A stretch of DNA of 64,000 nucleotides from Massalongia carnosa. Taxonomy: Eukaryota. The notes beneath the pieces were generated by a model. It did not search any database and had not been told where the DNA came from. It saw only the letters and a list, made by a program, of their open reading frames with translations. The first letter of the stretch is position 1. Every line of letters begins with the position of its first letter. Below, piece after piece: positions 11,818 through 24,609 of this stretch. The stretch lies in assembly GCA_965645245.1 (NCBI GenBank), contig OZ287067.1, positions 3,658,001 to 3,722,000 of the forward strand, written 5' to 3'. Position numbers and translations under genes: made by a program.

Positions 11818-12847
11818 TGTAATACGGATGGCGCTAGAGGGATACGTGCTCGCCTATGGCGGTTGCGGGATTAACTAGCGTGGACCATGCCGTAGTACGA
11901 AGTCGCATAAGCCGTCGAGGCTGACACACTGCCATCTTACCCCGAAACTTCGGAGTTATTGTTATCACGTTCTTGACTACTTACAGATCAAACACCTGTC
12001 GAGGCCGTGGTGGTAGATTGCCATGGAGTGTAAGGCGGACTCCTGTGGAGACGCCAAGGAACTCTATATGGGATCTACTGGCCTACTCGGAGCTACTGGA
12101 TCTCTTGATGGTTCAAGAGAGGTAGCAGGAGGCACGGCTCGCTGGACGCAGCTTGAGCTAGGCTCCCCGGTGTAAACTTCAGCTTCAACCTTTATTACTA
12201 CGTTGGTAGTGATGTCGGCTGAATGAACCTACATGACCTCGTTGTCTAGACCTTGTGTCTAGAGGCAGGTCCGCAGTGTAGCGAGGTATTCAGTCGGAGG
12301 TAACCTTCCATCACTAGGTAGTGGTGACGGCGAAATGAAGCTACATAGCCTGAGGCATGTAGTGAGGGATCTAGCCGGGGGTAGAATTGTTCTACCTTGC
12401 AAGGGAAGGTCTAGAAGGCTGCTCGAGGCTGACTAGATGATCCAGCGAACGCCGAGTTCGTGGATGGATCCTGAGGGATGGTTGGATGTAATGCGATAAA
12501 GTCGGATGTGGATTGCAAGGCTGTAATGCTCGCAAGACTCCCAAGGCTTGCAAGGCTCCTAAGGTTCCAAGGCTCCCAAGGCTATAGGCTTGGGGTGAGT
12601 AGGATAAATATCAGAACGAATCTTGTAGTATTCGTTAGCAATTAGTCTTTATTCTATGAACAACCTACGTTTGGGTCTCGAACGAGATCTCTTGGTCCAA
12701 GCACTTCCACATCCATTAGTTCTTTGGATCACATATACTCTCGGAGACTAGCACGTAGTAGCTATCTTCCTCCTCTCACACTGAGCATTTCCCCTTTCGA
12801 GATCAGTGTCGCTCGTGATAAGCTTACTGGTCTCGTAGCCCATTACA
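11818..12847. mobile_element. Solo LTR, 1030-bp family, copy 1
   Basis: TGTAAT...ATTACA termini, 5-bp TSD TTAAG; near-identical copies at 44427, 45860, 59080. Confidence 0.93.
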
Positions 12848-13312
12848 TTAAGTGCGATCATTGTGACTTTCGAATCAGAGCCAGCTTGTCCAACAGAACT
12901 GGGAGATGTAATACTTAAGTGTATAAGAGCTAAGACAAAGAAAGACTGACATTAGATCAGGGAAACTCACTAAAATGATCCCTCATACTGAAGAGGGGTA
13001 GTCGTGGGTGGTGCATACGTAATAACCTCAAGGAGAGAAGACCGGCAGAAAGCAAACAAGGAACACACGTGAAAACAACAAACAGAACGTTGGCGGTGAC
13101 GACTCGGCCACTCTGACACTGTCACTCGGACACGAATACTGACTCTGAAGGAAAGAAAAATGTTGATTGCCTGTCTGTCTAGAGGGTGAAACTTCCCCTA
13201 CCTATAGAAAAATGGGCGCCTCAGCCCCGGAAAAACCTCCCCTCCGCTCCGTCCACACCAATCCCCCCCCTCTCCCCTCAGCACCTGCCCTTGTCCCTAT
13301 TCACCCTATCAC

Positions 13313-13651
13313 TGTTGTAATGTGCAAAGTCACCCGGCTGATGCCTAGTAAAGTGTTCAGAGTCACATGGTACCGCATTGGGATTAGTGCGTTGGTAAGA
13401 ACATTAGGCAACACATAACGACCTCGAGAAGCACCGCAAAACTTCTATGAACATTCCCATTGAGTCATAAATTGGATATGAGTCAATCACCAATCTTAGA
13501 TTTCTAGGAAGCAGGAAGGTGAGTCATAGGGAGAACGGTTTTCGGCATGTTTTTCTATCTATATAAACACGGTCCTTAGATAGGTAGATAGAAATATCAA
13601 TCGTTTCAAAAGTGAGCTTTTTACTATGCCAGCAGAGCTTCTATTACAATA
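13313..13651 (+). mobile_element. Copia solo LTR (same family as 24610-29781) inserted 1 nt from the edge of the Gypsy-B LTR
   Basis: TGTTGTAA...TTACAATA, TSD ATCAC, 339 bp (6 bp longer than the paired LTRs). Confidence 0.93.
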
Positions 13652-14387
13652 ATCACACACCCACAGACCCCCATTGATGCCGTCCCCTGGCATCAATGTC
13701 TGCCTGTACTATCCGCCCACCCAGTCGGCGGCGCTCCCAAGTCCCACCACGTGTCCGTCTCGGGCATGGACCGCAAGCGGTCCACCCCTCTCTTCCTTTC
13801 TGCCCACAACCTTGCTAACAGCCTCACCTGTTCCCTAGGTTCGATAGGAGTTTTTAGTCCGAATAGGGCAGCAAGCATATTCACGTGACGAACACACAAA
13901 CCTATGGATCCATACTGATGGAAGGAGAGGAGCTCGATTCCCCCTCCCCCTCCAGGTCTGCTACCCACTCTTCTGGTGCCGTGCATGCGCATCTCTCGTC
14001 CTCTTCTTGTCCCTTCGCTTCCCCCAGTATCTTTCCCCCCGTGTCCGGCGCACAACTCCCCGGCCTCAGTGGTGACCCAATAGAATGACGGGACCTGTGT
14101 CCCAATACTTGCCTTCTCGCCGGCGTAAACTCAACCCCCCCACAGGAGGAGTGGCCACACGCGGTGAGTTTGGTGAACGATTGAAAGGCGGCGTATTAGA
14201 AAACTCTATCAACGGCGATGAATGTTCAGAGAATAGTGTAGAAGTAGCTCGCCGACTGGCGGGTGTGACCGATCGGATAGGCGCAGTAACAGAAGGCTCG
14301 GTGCCTGGAACAATAGATCTTCCGCGGTCACTTAATCTAGGATTAAGTGACCTTTTGGACTAGAACTAGTACCTGAGCTAGAGGGCG

Positions 14388-15197
14388 CTAACGGACCCGC
14401 AGCAGCAGACGGCGGAACACGACCAGGAATCTCTCTCTCAGCTTGTGCCTACTAGTAGGAGCATCTTCGGGAGGGAGTTGGGGGCGACGAGTAGGCCTAT
14501 TTTGTTCGGTTTGCTCGTCCCCTTCTTCCTCCACCCGACCAGGCACCTCCGGTGCAGGCGATCCAGGAACCAGAAGGCCATGTGGCCCATAGTGCATCCC
14601 TAATCTTGCTAACATTGGCCTCGGAATCTTTTCATATGTATTCGAGTCCTCGCTCGCAGTACTCCAATCCACATTTGATGCTCCCTTGAATAGCAATTTC
14701 TTTCCAGTCCTAGTGAGTCTCTCTACAATAGCTTGATTTACGGCCGCAATTGTATGCTCATATTTGTACCTCGTGGCGCACTTCCGCACCATCGACAGTG
14801 CAATATCCCCATAGGTGGTGCAGAAGTCCAGGTTTACATTTTTCCAAATTTTGGCTATTGCTTTCAGCATATCTTCCCTCTTTTTCTTTCTGTCGCGCAC
14901 CTTCCCGGCCACCGTCTTCACATATCCGAATCTCTCCCTCAGGCCACTCCGCCCCGTAACCAGTTCATTCATGGTTCCATCGGACTCTAAGTAGTCCCAG
15001 AATTTTGCTACAGTGTCCTCAAAATGTGCGCCCATTTCTTCTAGCGACCCGGCCACTAACTCCTGTGCCTGAAGGCGTACTGGTGGTGGTAATGTGCCCA
15101 TGTAGGCAATCGCACTATCCAGGGTGGGGAACTCTCTATCCCCGGCCCATATCTTTACCACCTGGAACTCAGGGAAGGACATGATGGGAACACACAA
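14388..15197 (-). CDS. Extra ORF (ORF3) of unknown function downstream of integrase in Gypsy-B
   Basis: 269-codon ORF between integrase stop (15463) and 3' LTR, same strand as pol; ATG at 15180-15182. Confidence 0.65.
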   Translation of the reverse strand: MCVPIMSFPEFQVVKIWAGDREFPTLDSAIAYMGTLPPPVRLQAQELVAGSLEEMGAHFEDTVAKFWDYLESDGTMNELVTGRSGLRERFGYVKTVAGKVRDRKKKREDMLKAIAKIWKNVNLDFCTTYGDIALSMVRKCATRYKYEHTIAAVNQAIVERLTRTGKKLLFKGASNVDWSTASEDSNTYEKIPRPMLARLGMHYGPHGLLVPGSPAPEVPGRVEEEGDEQTEQNRPTRRPQLPPEDAPTSRHKLRERFLVVFRRLLLRVR

Positions 15198-15462
15198 TCA
15201 GGTTATGGAAAGGCAGATGTAAATATGAGAAGAGAGGAGTTGTACTAGGTGTAAAAGTTTTGCTGATGATTGATGAAAGATGAAAGCTGAGGAAGGAGAG
15301 AATACAAGAGGTGAGGAGTTCTTATGGCTACGTCTTTAGGTGAGGGAGGAAATTGGTCAATACGTGAAGTTCAAAATCCAAGGAAACTCTCACTTCTTCA
15401 CTCATACAAAGGAAAATCATCATGAAAGAGCGACTACAGTCAGAAACACACACACACTCGGT

Positions 15463-18400
15463 CTATGCTATGCCGGAGATCGGAGGAACAACTACCGCTA
15501 ACGGCCAACCTTCGGGAATTGCATGCTGTCTGGGATCAATGTTGACTTCTTCTGTGTCATGCTCCGGAGTCGTAATACGAGTAAGGTCTTTTCTGGGGTG
15601 GAATTCTTTCAACCGATTGCCCGCAAAGGTGTTAGCCAAGACCGTCCCGTCCAATTCTGCTAGAAGGTATGTCCCTTTCTCGGGTTTAGCTTCATGTATC
15701 CTGTATGGTCCCAGCCATCGATAGGCCAGTTTGACGGAGGTAGACATCACCGCATCTCTCTTGGTGTCATGGAGCAGTACCAAGTCTCCTTTCTTTAGCT
15801 CTTTGGCTCTAATTAGGTGCGCATCATCAAACTCCTCTTTTCCTTCCATCCTCATGCGCTGTAAATGATGCACAGCTTCCTCAAGATCCTCCTCCCGCCT
15901 CTGAAGCTGACGAGCTCTCATAGCTAATAGCTCGGCAGTTGTATGAACCTCACTCCAAGGAAGAATACGCCAGGTAGGTACCTCCAACTCAATCGGTAGA
16001 ACAGGTTCACTGCCACAGGTCACATAATATGGGGATAAGCCGATGGTACTCTTGACAGTGGAACGGTCAGCCCATAATACAGCGGGTAGGTTCTCGACCC
16101 AATTTCCCAACCCTCCATCGGTCATCTTGGACAGTGCATCAACAATGGGTCTATGGCCCCTCTCGATCATACCATTGGCCTGTGGGTGATAAGAAGATAC
16201 CTAGACCCTCTTAATTCCGTATCGCGCTGTGAGTTCTTCAACTAAATCCTTGTTTTCCGGCCCTCCATCTACAATCAAGCGGCCAAAACAACCATGACGG
16301 CAGATGACATCTTCCCAAAGGAACCTAGCGACCGACAACGAATTGGCATTTCCTATTGCCCGAGCTTCTACCCAGCCTGAAAGATCATCTCTAGCAGCCA
16401 CCAGGAACTTCTTGCCCTCCCTTGAAGGCATGTACACAACATCCAGACCTACTTCGGCCCAACAAAGACTTATCCAGGTAGGATGTAGAGCTTCTTCCTG
16501 CCGTGTAGGGTCCCGCATTTGACATCTCTCGCAACTTCGTACGTAGGCCTTGACATGAGCATGAAGGTCCTCCCACCAGTAGCGGTCAGCAATCCTACGG
16601 TAGGTCCCTTCTCTCCCTTTGTGACCACTCTCATCATGTAGTTTCTCCATAATCTCCTGTCTCTCCTTGTCGTCATCTACAACTCTTCGTATGGGGACAT
16701 TTTTGTTGTTTCGTCGAAACAGCTTTCTCCCCTGCACACAGTATCTCATCGCTTCTTTCTTGAACTTGTAAAACTCTTTCCTTCCCATGCCGGCCGGTCT
16801 CTGTAAACTCGTAAGATAGGCAGCGATTTGTTGAGATTTTTCTGAATAACTCTCCTCTAAGGGCAGTTCGTCTGTAACGGAAATAGGGGCAACTCTTAGA
16901 GAGCCTAATTCTGCATCAATAAAATCTTCTATGTCTTCTTCCATCTCTCTCTCCCGTATATCGTCTTCGGTAGGGGGTTTACAAGACAGTCCATCTGCTG
17001 CTGTATGCTTTTTACCCGCAACGTGCTTCACGTCAAAGTCGAAGAGCTGAATCCAAGCTATCCATCTGGTAACAAGCGCACCTGGCAAATCCGTCCCTCC
17101 ACGATTTAATTGAGCCACAAGTACCGAAGCATCTGTCTCCAATAAGAAATGTACTCCATAAAGATAGTTGCGGACCTTCTTGAGAGCCTTCAAGACCCCT
17201 CTACACTCTCTCTTCGTCGCATCATAGGACTTTTCGGTGTCGGACCAAATACCACTTTCATATCGTGAAGGGTGTCGCTTGCCCTCCCACTCCTGCATCA
17301 AGACGGCACCCCATCCCTTACCACTCGAATCCACTCCCAAAATGATGAGCCCAGCTCCTATCGAATAATCCAGCGACCGCAGTGCCGGAGAGGTAGTCAA
17401 CGCAAGTTTCAGCTTATCCATGGCTTCCTGTTGCTCTACTCCCCAAACAAAAAGGATCTTCTTTTTGAACAGACGGTAGATAGGCTCAGCGACGATGGCA
17501 AACTCAAAGATCCATATACGATAGTACACGCAAACACCGGTGAAAGCTCGTGCACCAATAACATCCTGACAAGGAGGCCAATCAACAATTTTTATGACCT
17601 TGGCAGTATCCGGATGTGGACCGTCATAGTCACAAATATAACCAACAATACGGATCCCAGGCATGGCAAATTGTGATTTTGCCCCCGAGATAGTCACACC
17701 AGCTCTCTCATAATCGGCTAGAACCTCGTCCAGCGCCTGAAGATGTTCCTTTATAAATCGGCGGATGCCAGGGGCGACCATTTCATTGTCATACTTTGTC
17801 TTGGGCCCTTTGACTCCCACATCATCCATGAAAGGTTCCGCATTATGAGGTATCTGAGCCTGCAGGATTTGATTATTTATCCTAACAAATTGTCCCACGG
17901 AATTGGTGGCTGCTTGAGGAAGTCGAGTCATCCTCATGAGTCCTAGTGCCGTCTGAAAAGCTGTATAGTCTCTGCTCTTGAGGTCTAGCGAAACTTGATC
18001 ATATCCGGAAAACCAATCCACCAACGACGCTACCGAACATCCTGCGAAGTTCTCAGCAAAATCGTCCGCCATAGGAGGTAAAGTGGTGTCCCGCAAGGTA
18101 ACTCTGTTCATTTCCGTGCAGGCATTGATGAGCCTATATTTTCCCTTCTCCTTTTTCCCTATGACATACCAAGGATTGCGATAATGACCATGGCAAGGTT
18201 CTATTGCTCCGATCGCAAGGCGCTCTTTTACAATTTCGATGGTCTTCTCCTGTAGTGATTTTGGAATAGCGAAACCAGGATGCTGCCAAAACTTATGCTC
18301 GATCGTACGGATCTCCTGCGGAGGCGCCACTTCTGGTCGGACCAGTCCCATCTCTGAAAAGTCCCAGGCGAGTGCAGCTTCCCTACCGTGTAGGACTTCG

Positions 18401-19134
18401 GCCAAAAGGTCTCTCTCTTCCATGGACAACCCATCCCCTACTCGAATCTTTTGCAATCTTTCTGGAGTCAATCGTGCCCCTCGCGCCATACGTGAGAATT
18501 TCGGTATCAACCACCCTGGATATTTTTCGTTGGGCAACCTAGGCATCGCTCTTTCCCTCTCCAAAGCTCTTTCTCTCCAATCAGGCATCCCCCCAGGCAT
18601 TGAACCGTAAGAAATCCATCTTTCCGCCGGGCGCACCTTATCACCCTTTCTCTTGTATGCTCCATCAACCCGAACAAACTCCCTATCTCTATCTCTTCCT
18701 TGCGAAACCGAAAATGAATCAAACTTGCGTGATAACCGAAACTCCTGCCCAATATCAAAACTGGGTACAAACTCCCAATACGGACTAGTGGATGTTCCAA
18801 CCCTAAGCCTGTCGCTAAGGATGCAAGCTGCAGCTACTTTGGATTTAGCGTCAGAACGGCGCACTAGGCCTAATCGGTTACTTAATCCAAGATTAAGTGA
18901 AGCATTGGGACTAGCGCGCTTTTCTTTCTTCCTCGGGCTATTCGAACTCCACGCCGCAGACAAACCCCCGACAGCTCGCCTGAAAAATGTCCTCCTCCTG
19001 CCGGTTGCCTTCGTCTTGATAATCAATAGCTCGGAACACGACGGACTTATGACCAGTACAGTTCTTGATGACCGCAAAAGCTCCCTGAGGACGGTACTCA
19101 TACTGCAGCTCCACCATAAACAAGAAAGGCGCAC
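15463..19134 (-). pseudogene. pol: Gypsy-B pol (RT, RNase H, integrase) with one in-frame stop at 16201; true 5' boundary uncertain
   Basis: DWFSGYDQ, PFMDD, VDSS..GWGAVL, H..SGH..C..C, GLDVV..IVDGGPE..ER, GPY motif; no chromodomain seen. Confidence 0.93.
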
Positions 19135-21523
19135 CCAGGACCAGTTGATGATCCGCGGAGTCCACTACAAACACCTGTTGAAAACTCTTTAGACCCCCAA
19201 TGTTTATCTCAACATTCTCGCATACTCCATCGAAGTGTTTTCGGTGCCCGGTGTGAGAAACCAAACCCAAGTGAGGAGCCGGTCTCCAGGATAGTCCAGC
19301 TTGATGCATAAGCTTAGAGGTCATCACATTGACTTCCGCGCCAGAATCTAGAAGAGCCACACTTTTGAGAAAGCCTTCTAATCGAACAGGAGCCTTAGGA
19401 GTGGATAAGGAATACAAAAGCTTCGGAACCTGTCCGCTACCCATCATCGCATCATCGCTAACGCCCAGTGAACTAACATGCGCGGTCAGAGGTTTAGGAT
19501 GCTTTATAGGCTTGGAAAAGAGCTCTCGCACCCGAGGGGATATGGACCATAACTCGGACAAGGGCATGGTTATCGGTATTTGAGTCACCTTTTTCATCAG
19601 TGTTTCATCATCCATGTCGATTTTTGTCAGCTCTGGCAAACGGAGAGCTCGAGGAGGCTTCTCCTTGGCCTCATCAATTTCCACTACTTTAGGCTCAGAC
19701 GAAGTCTCCTTCTTATCGGCTATAGCTTTCTTCTTATTGTCCGCAAAAGTCACGTTTTCTTCGTAGAAGAAATCTCCGGTGTTCCATTTGGATAAGTCAC
19801 AAACTCCTCAACTTCTTCCATGTCAGTATCTTCTGTCGCATCTTCCACAGTCACTTGCTGCCAACTACCAAATCTCGTATTCTTTGGAGTAGGAAGCTTT
19901 TCCTCTTTCTCAACTTTTCGTTTCAATATCCGGCGAACTGGCTCATGAAAATTGGCGGTACTCTTCGGCTTCTCATTGACTCGGGCGGCGTTTACTATTG
20001 CCTCCTTGGTACTATCCGTGCGATGTTCCACAATGCAAAGGCCAAAATCTTTGTCGTCCCAACTCTCATCTTCACTAGACAACTCATCAGGTTCGAGCTC
20101 TCCAACACGCACCGGATTAGCTTCAACCGTGGCCGCAGGGGCGGAATAGCGAAGCCGTTCGGACTCTGCCACACACTGTCTTTGAGAACGGTCCAGCCTC
20201 ATCTGTACGGGACGTGCGCCTGGGTTCGGAGGTCCTACACATATCCGACCCTCGAAGTTTAAATGTATACGATTGCTGGAGAGGTCAGCCCTATAATCAG
20301 AGCACTGCCAGCGGCCTCTATGATCAGTAGACCAACAATAGTTGCAACGTTGAGGGTTCGAAGATGAGTAATTGCCACCAGCAGAGTTCGTTTGTGCCTG
20401 GGGAGGGATCAGAGAAGAAGATGGCTGTGCATTTCTAGGCTGCGACGTCGTTTATTCTGGCACTACAGTAGGGGCAGATTGAAAATTTTGCTGAAGTGGA
20501 GGAGGCTGATACGGTCGGTAAGGTCGTGGGCCCGGTAGGGGCGCTTGCATCACATTGCTCTATATGTTAGAGGTCACCGCAGTCACAGTTGACAACATCA
20601 TATCTTTAACACCGTGGGTAATTTCCTCGATAGCGCTATTCATAATAGCCCTGGGATCTATCACCGGAGGGGCTATAGGCGCTTGTGTAAGAGAAGAACT
20701 AGGAGGAGAGGCTTTTTGCTTGCTCGCTGCCCGTCCATAATCATCCACCAAGGCACTAATCTTATCTTGTTCCTTATCTCCTCGTACTAGATCTCTCAGG
20801 CGCTGACTTGAGGTAGCCAGAGTTATAGTGTACTGGACCAAAGTATCGAGCATCAGGGGTTCGTCGCCTTCTAGGTCAATATCATATCGCATGAATAGCT
20901 CCGAACATAATTTCTCCGGTAAACCTTGAACAAACCATGAACATTGAGTGAAATTGTCAAGCCTTTGGCCGCCAGGAAGCTGCCTGCAAATAGCCACAAA
21001 ACGACGACAATATAGCGGTATGTCATCCTCCTCCATGCGAGGCTTATTCTTTAGTGCTTCCAGAAAAGCTCGAGAGTTGACTTGTTACGAGGTGTCATTA
21101 TGACGGTATTCCTTGCGCATTGCCTTGGCTAGGCTGTCCCAATCACCAGAGGTAAACTCGATCATAGACTTGACGTTCTGGCCTATCAGGTTCTCACAGT
21201 ACCAGGGCAAACGTGGAATAATATGATCTTCGGCGAGTCGGTAGTCGCGACACATAAGAAGATAGCGATCCAGGAAATCGGTGACATTTCCTCCCGTGAA
21301 AAAGGGCGTTCCAGGGGAACCAGGGTGAGGTAAGGCCATATAAAAACGCGGGTCCATCGGGAACGGTCCTATAGCAGGAGGTGGTGGCAATTCCGCCGTC
21401 GGTTGGTACACAGGCTCACCGGCAGGAGCTTTTTCTGAACGTATGGAGGCGTCAGGAGTAGAGTCTTCGGATTTTTGTTCGAGTGTCTCCGGTCGCAGGC
21501 TAAAAGGGTCACTATTGGACATG
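18938..21523 (-). pseudogene. gag: Gypsy-B gag-protease region with stops and frameshifts
   Basis: Capsid-like PFFTGGNVTDFLDRY, Cys/His knuckle CNYCWSTDH..WQC (~20300-20347), aspartic protease LLDSGAEVN. Confidence 0.85.
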
Positions 21524-22582
21524 ATCAGCTCACTGTAAGACTTGTCGTATACTGTACCCAATTGCTCCAAGGAATGAGGCACTAAACTGGGGGGGTAAGA
21601 AACACAAGGAAAATTTGGGGATCTCGATTTTCTAATAACAGAACGATGAACTTTTTTCGAATTTTCATTTCTGCTCACTCTCTGAATTTTCTGTCTTTTT
21701 GTTGCGTCTCTTCTTTACGCGGCCGAAAGGCTCAGTCTTATAGTACTCTCGGAACAATGGCTCCATCTCTCGGACCTCTTGGAGATATTTTCCGCCGAGC
21801 CATAACAGCATGAAATCGGGAACTTGTAGCGAAATAGTAACCATTTTTCGTTAGTCGAGACGCGCCGTCGCATAGGCCGCTGCCACCAGTATTGAGGTTT
21901 TTCGGGATTCGCCACTCGCTAAAACCCGACGAAGCTTCCAAAAAGGGTAAAGTATGGCTTGCGTCGTCCCGCGGATTGCTTCTTAGACTTCCAATTGGTC
22001 TTCTTTCAGCTCACCGCCTTCGGTCTAGAACATCAAGGTCGAACTCGATCCCACTATCAAACAAAGAAATAAGAAACACTCTGAAGGTTAGTTCACGATC
22101 CGTGCCCCGCCCCTTTTGAACTCTTGGCTTTTTCAGGGTCAAACGCGTTCCCACTCTCTTTTTCTCTTTTCGTTCGAATCTGCACTCGTTGGTCTCTCTG
22201 GACTCTTGCTTTTACCGAATAGCCTCAAAAGGTCATCGCACCGTGGTCGCCAATGAAGAGGGGTAGTCGTGGATGGTGCATAAGTGATGACCTCAAGGAG
22301 AGAAGACCGGCAGAAAGCAAACAAGGAACACACGTGAAAACAACAAACAGAACGTTGGCGGTGACGACTCGGCCACTCTGACACTGTCACTCGGACACGA
22401 ATACTGACTCTGAAGGAAAGAAAAATGTTGATTGCCTGTCTGTCTAGAGGGTGAAACTTCCCATATCTATAGAAAAATGGGCGCCTCAGCCCCGGAAAAA
22501 CCTCCCCTCCGCTCCGTCCACACCAATCCCCCCCCCCTCCCCTCAGCACCTGCCCTTGTCCCTATTCACCCTATCACAATAC

Positions 22583-24390
22583 CTGTGCCATATCGAACCA
22601 CTCCGGCCATTCAGGTAGCAATGCTGTTCAGTATTTAGCCACCAACAAGACAAATCAAGCGCTTGTGCAATCTGATCATCGGGTTAAATCGAGGCATTTA
22701 ATGACCGTCGAGACTTCCAGTCGAGGAAACAATACAAACTATATGGCGATGTGGCGCACAAAAGAGTTTCTCAAGATTAAACGGTTTGGCAATATTAAGC
22801 AAAGCTTTCAATATATACCTGCATTCTTATCAGCATGCGAAGAACAAAACAATACACGAACAGCATGGAAAAATCTGGAGCTAGATGAGAATGGTTGTTT
22901 CAAACGATGTTGGGTACTGCCAAAGGCGACTGAGCGTGCTTTTCGTCATTGTCGTTCGGTGCTTCAGGGTGATGGTACCGCTTGCAAGACATCGGACGGC
23001 CTTGTGATCTTATCTCTTGTTACTCAAGACGGTAATAACCAGGTATTGGAACTGGCGTGGGCATTGGTCCCAATCGAGAACAAAGATAACTGGATCTATT
23101 TTTTACGGGCAATGGCATTATATATTCAATTTCGCTCGGGACGACAAGCGGTGATTATTAGTGATCGCAACAAAGGTATCAAACATGCAGTAACTGATCA
23201 TTTTCCTGTCGCTTCAAGTGCTCATTGTTGCAAACATCTCGGAGACAATGTCGATAAAAATGGAAGAAGACATATCGGAATCTTTTCTGGGATGCGGCCA
23301 AAGCTAAAACACAGGCAAAATTCAACACTATACTCAACAGAATTAGAGCGACGAGACCTAATTGCGCAGGTTATATTGAAGACATACCTCCAGAGCAGTG
23401 GGCTGTATATGCTTTTCCTCGTCCTCGATATGGTCAATTATGTTCTAATGCTCAAGATTCGCAAAATAATATTTGGCTGGAGGCACGTCACATGCCCGCA
23501 TTGCTTTGTCTCCATCAGATTTGGAACCAATACATGGACAAACTTTATGAACGGCACAAGCTTGAACACAAGACAGATAGAGTCACTGATTATGCCTGGA
23601 GATGGATTCAAGATGGACGGAAACAATCGGCCGAGTATACTGTTCAAAATTCTCGTCCTTTCTGCGGTATCGTCACTACTGGTACTGGAAGTCATCACAT
23701 CGTGGATCTGGAAGCCAAGACGTGTACTTGTCATGATTTTCAGGATTATGAGATGCCATGTGATCATGCCGTTGCGTTATGTATGAAGTAAGAAAGAGAA
23801 CCAGAGGATTTTGTCAGTCCCATCTTTACAATCGCTGAGTACAGTACAAGGCAGCATACCAGTCATTTTTACATCCTATTGATCTCAATGTTCTCGCAGC
23901 GGCCGATGTGAAACCACCAGAATTTGTAGTCCAGGCTGGTCGCCCAAAAATCAGACGTGAGAGAAGAAAACGATTTGATTTATCAAAGCAGAGAATGAGG
24001 TGCTCAATCTGCACGAGTTTCAAGCATAACAGGCGTACATGTGATCACTCGGGACCTTCCGCAAGTGACGTTTCAAAACTGCCTTCTGTCTCTCAATCTA
24101 GTCACAACGAAGATGAAGTTGATAAAGAGAATGACAATGACTCTAATGACAATAATAGCGACAGCAATCATGACGGCGAGAGCGACAATATGAGTGTTCA
24201 TACTGACATAAGTGACTGGAATAGATTCAGTGATCGTTCTTTTGTTTTTAGGTCTCGCAGATTCTCGGCTCAAAACGATGAAGATATTGCGACCGAGACT
24301 GACAAGAGTTTTACATCTTATCGCGACAAAAGTATTACACTCGAGAGTGAGATGGATCCTCATCTCGATCTCAATCGTCGCCAATTGTAA
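22583..24390 (+). pseudogene. MULE transposase core (DDE, SWIM finger, CCHC knuckle), frameshifted; N-terminal exons at 11674-11817 and 12853-12988
   Basis: LQGDGT, LAWALVPIENKDNW, IISDRNKGI, HCCKH, SWIM CTCHDFQDYEMPCDHAVA, CSIC....HNRRTC. Confidence 0.92.
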
Positions 24391-24609
24391 CAGACTCATC
24401 GGAAGAGACTAAGGAAGAGCAGAAGAACTATGATCGTTGGGCTATTAGATGGTTAGACATGGACGAGGCACAGTTACAACAATTTCAAAGGTTTGATATG
24501 AATCAGACGTTTGCTGGAACACTACAGGGACATAGAAATTACAAACGTCGCTTTCCAAAGGCGGCCGAAGAAGATGCTCCCAAAAAACGAATACTTTATG
24601 CTAAACAGG

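Larger units (their letters stand above)
12989..22578 (-). mobile_element. Full-length decayed Ty3/Gypsy element (Gypsy-B; non-chromoviral, possibly Ylt1-like) with an additional 3' ORF
   Basis: 325-bp LTRs (22254-22578; 12989-13657 interrupted), 4-bp TSD ATAC, tRNA-type PBS TGGCGACCACGG next to the 5' LTR, purine-rich tract at 13658-13672. Confidence 0.93.
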
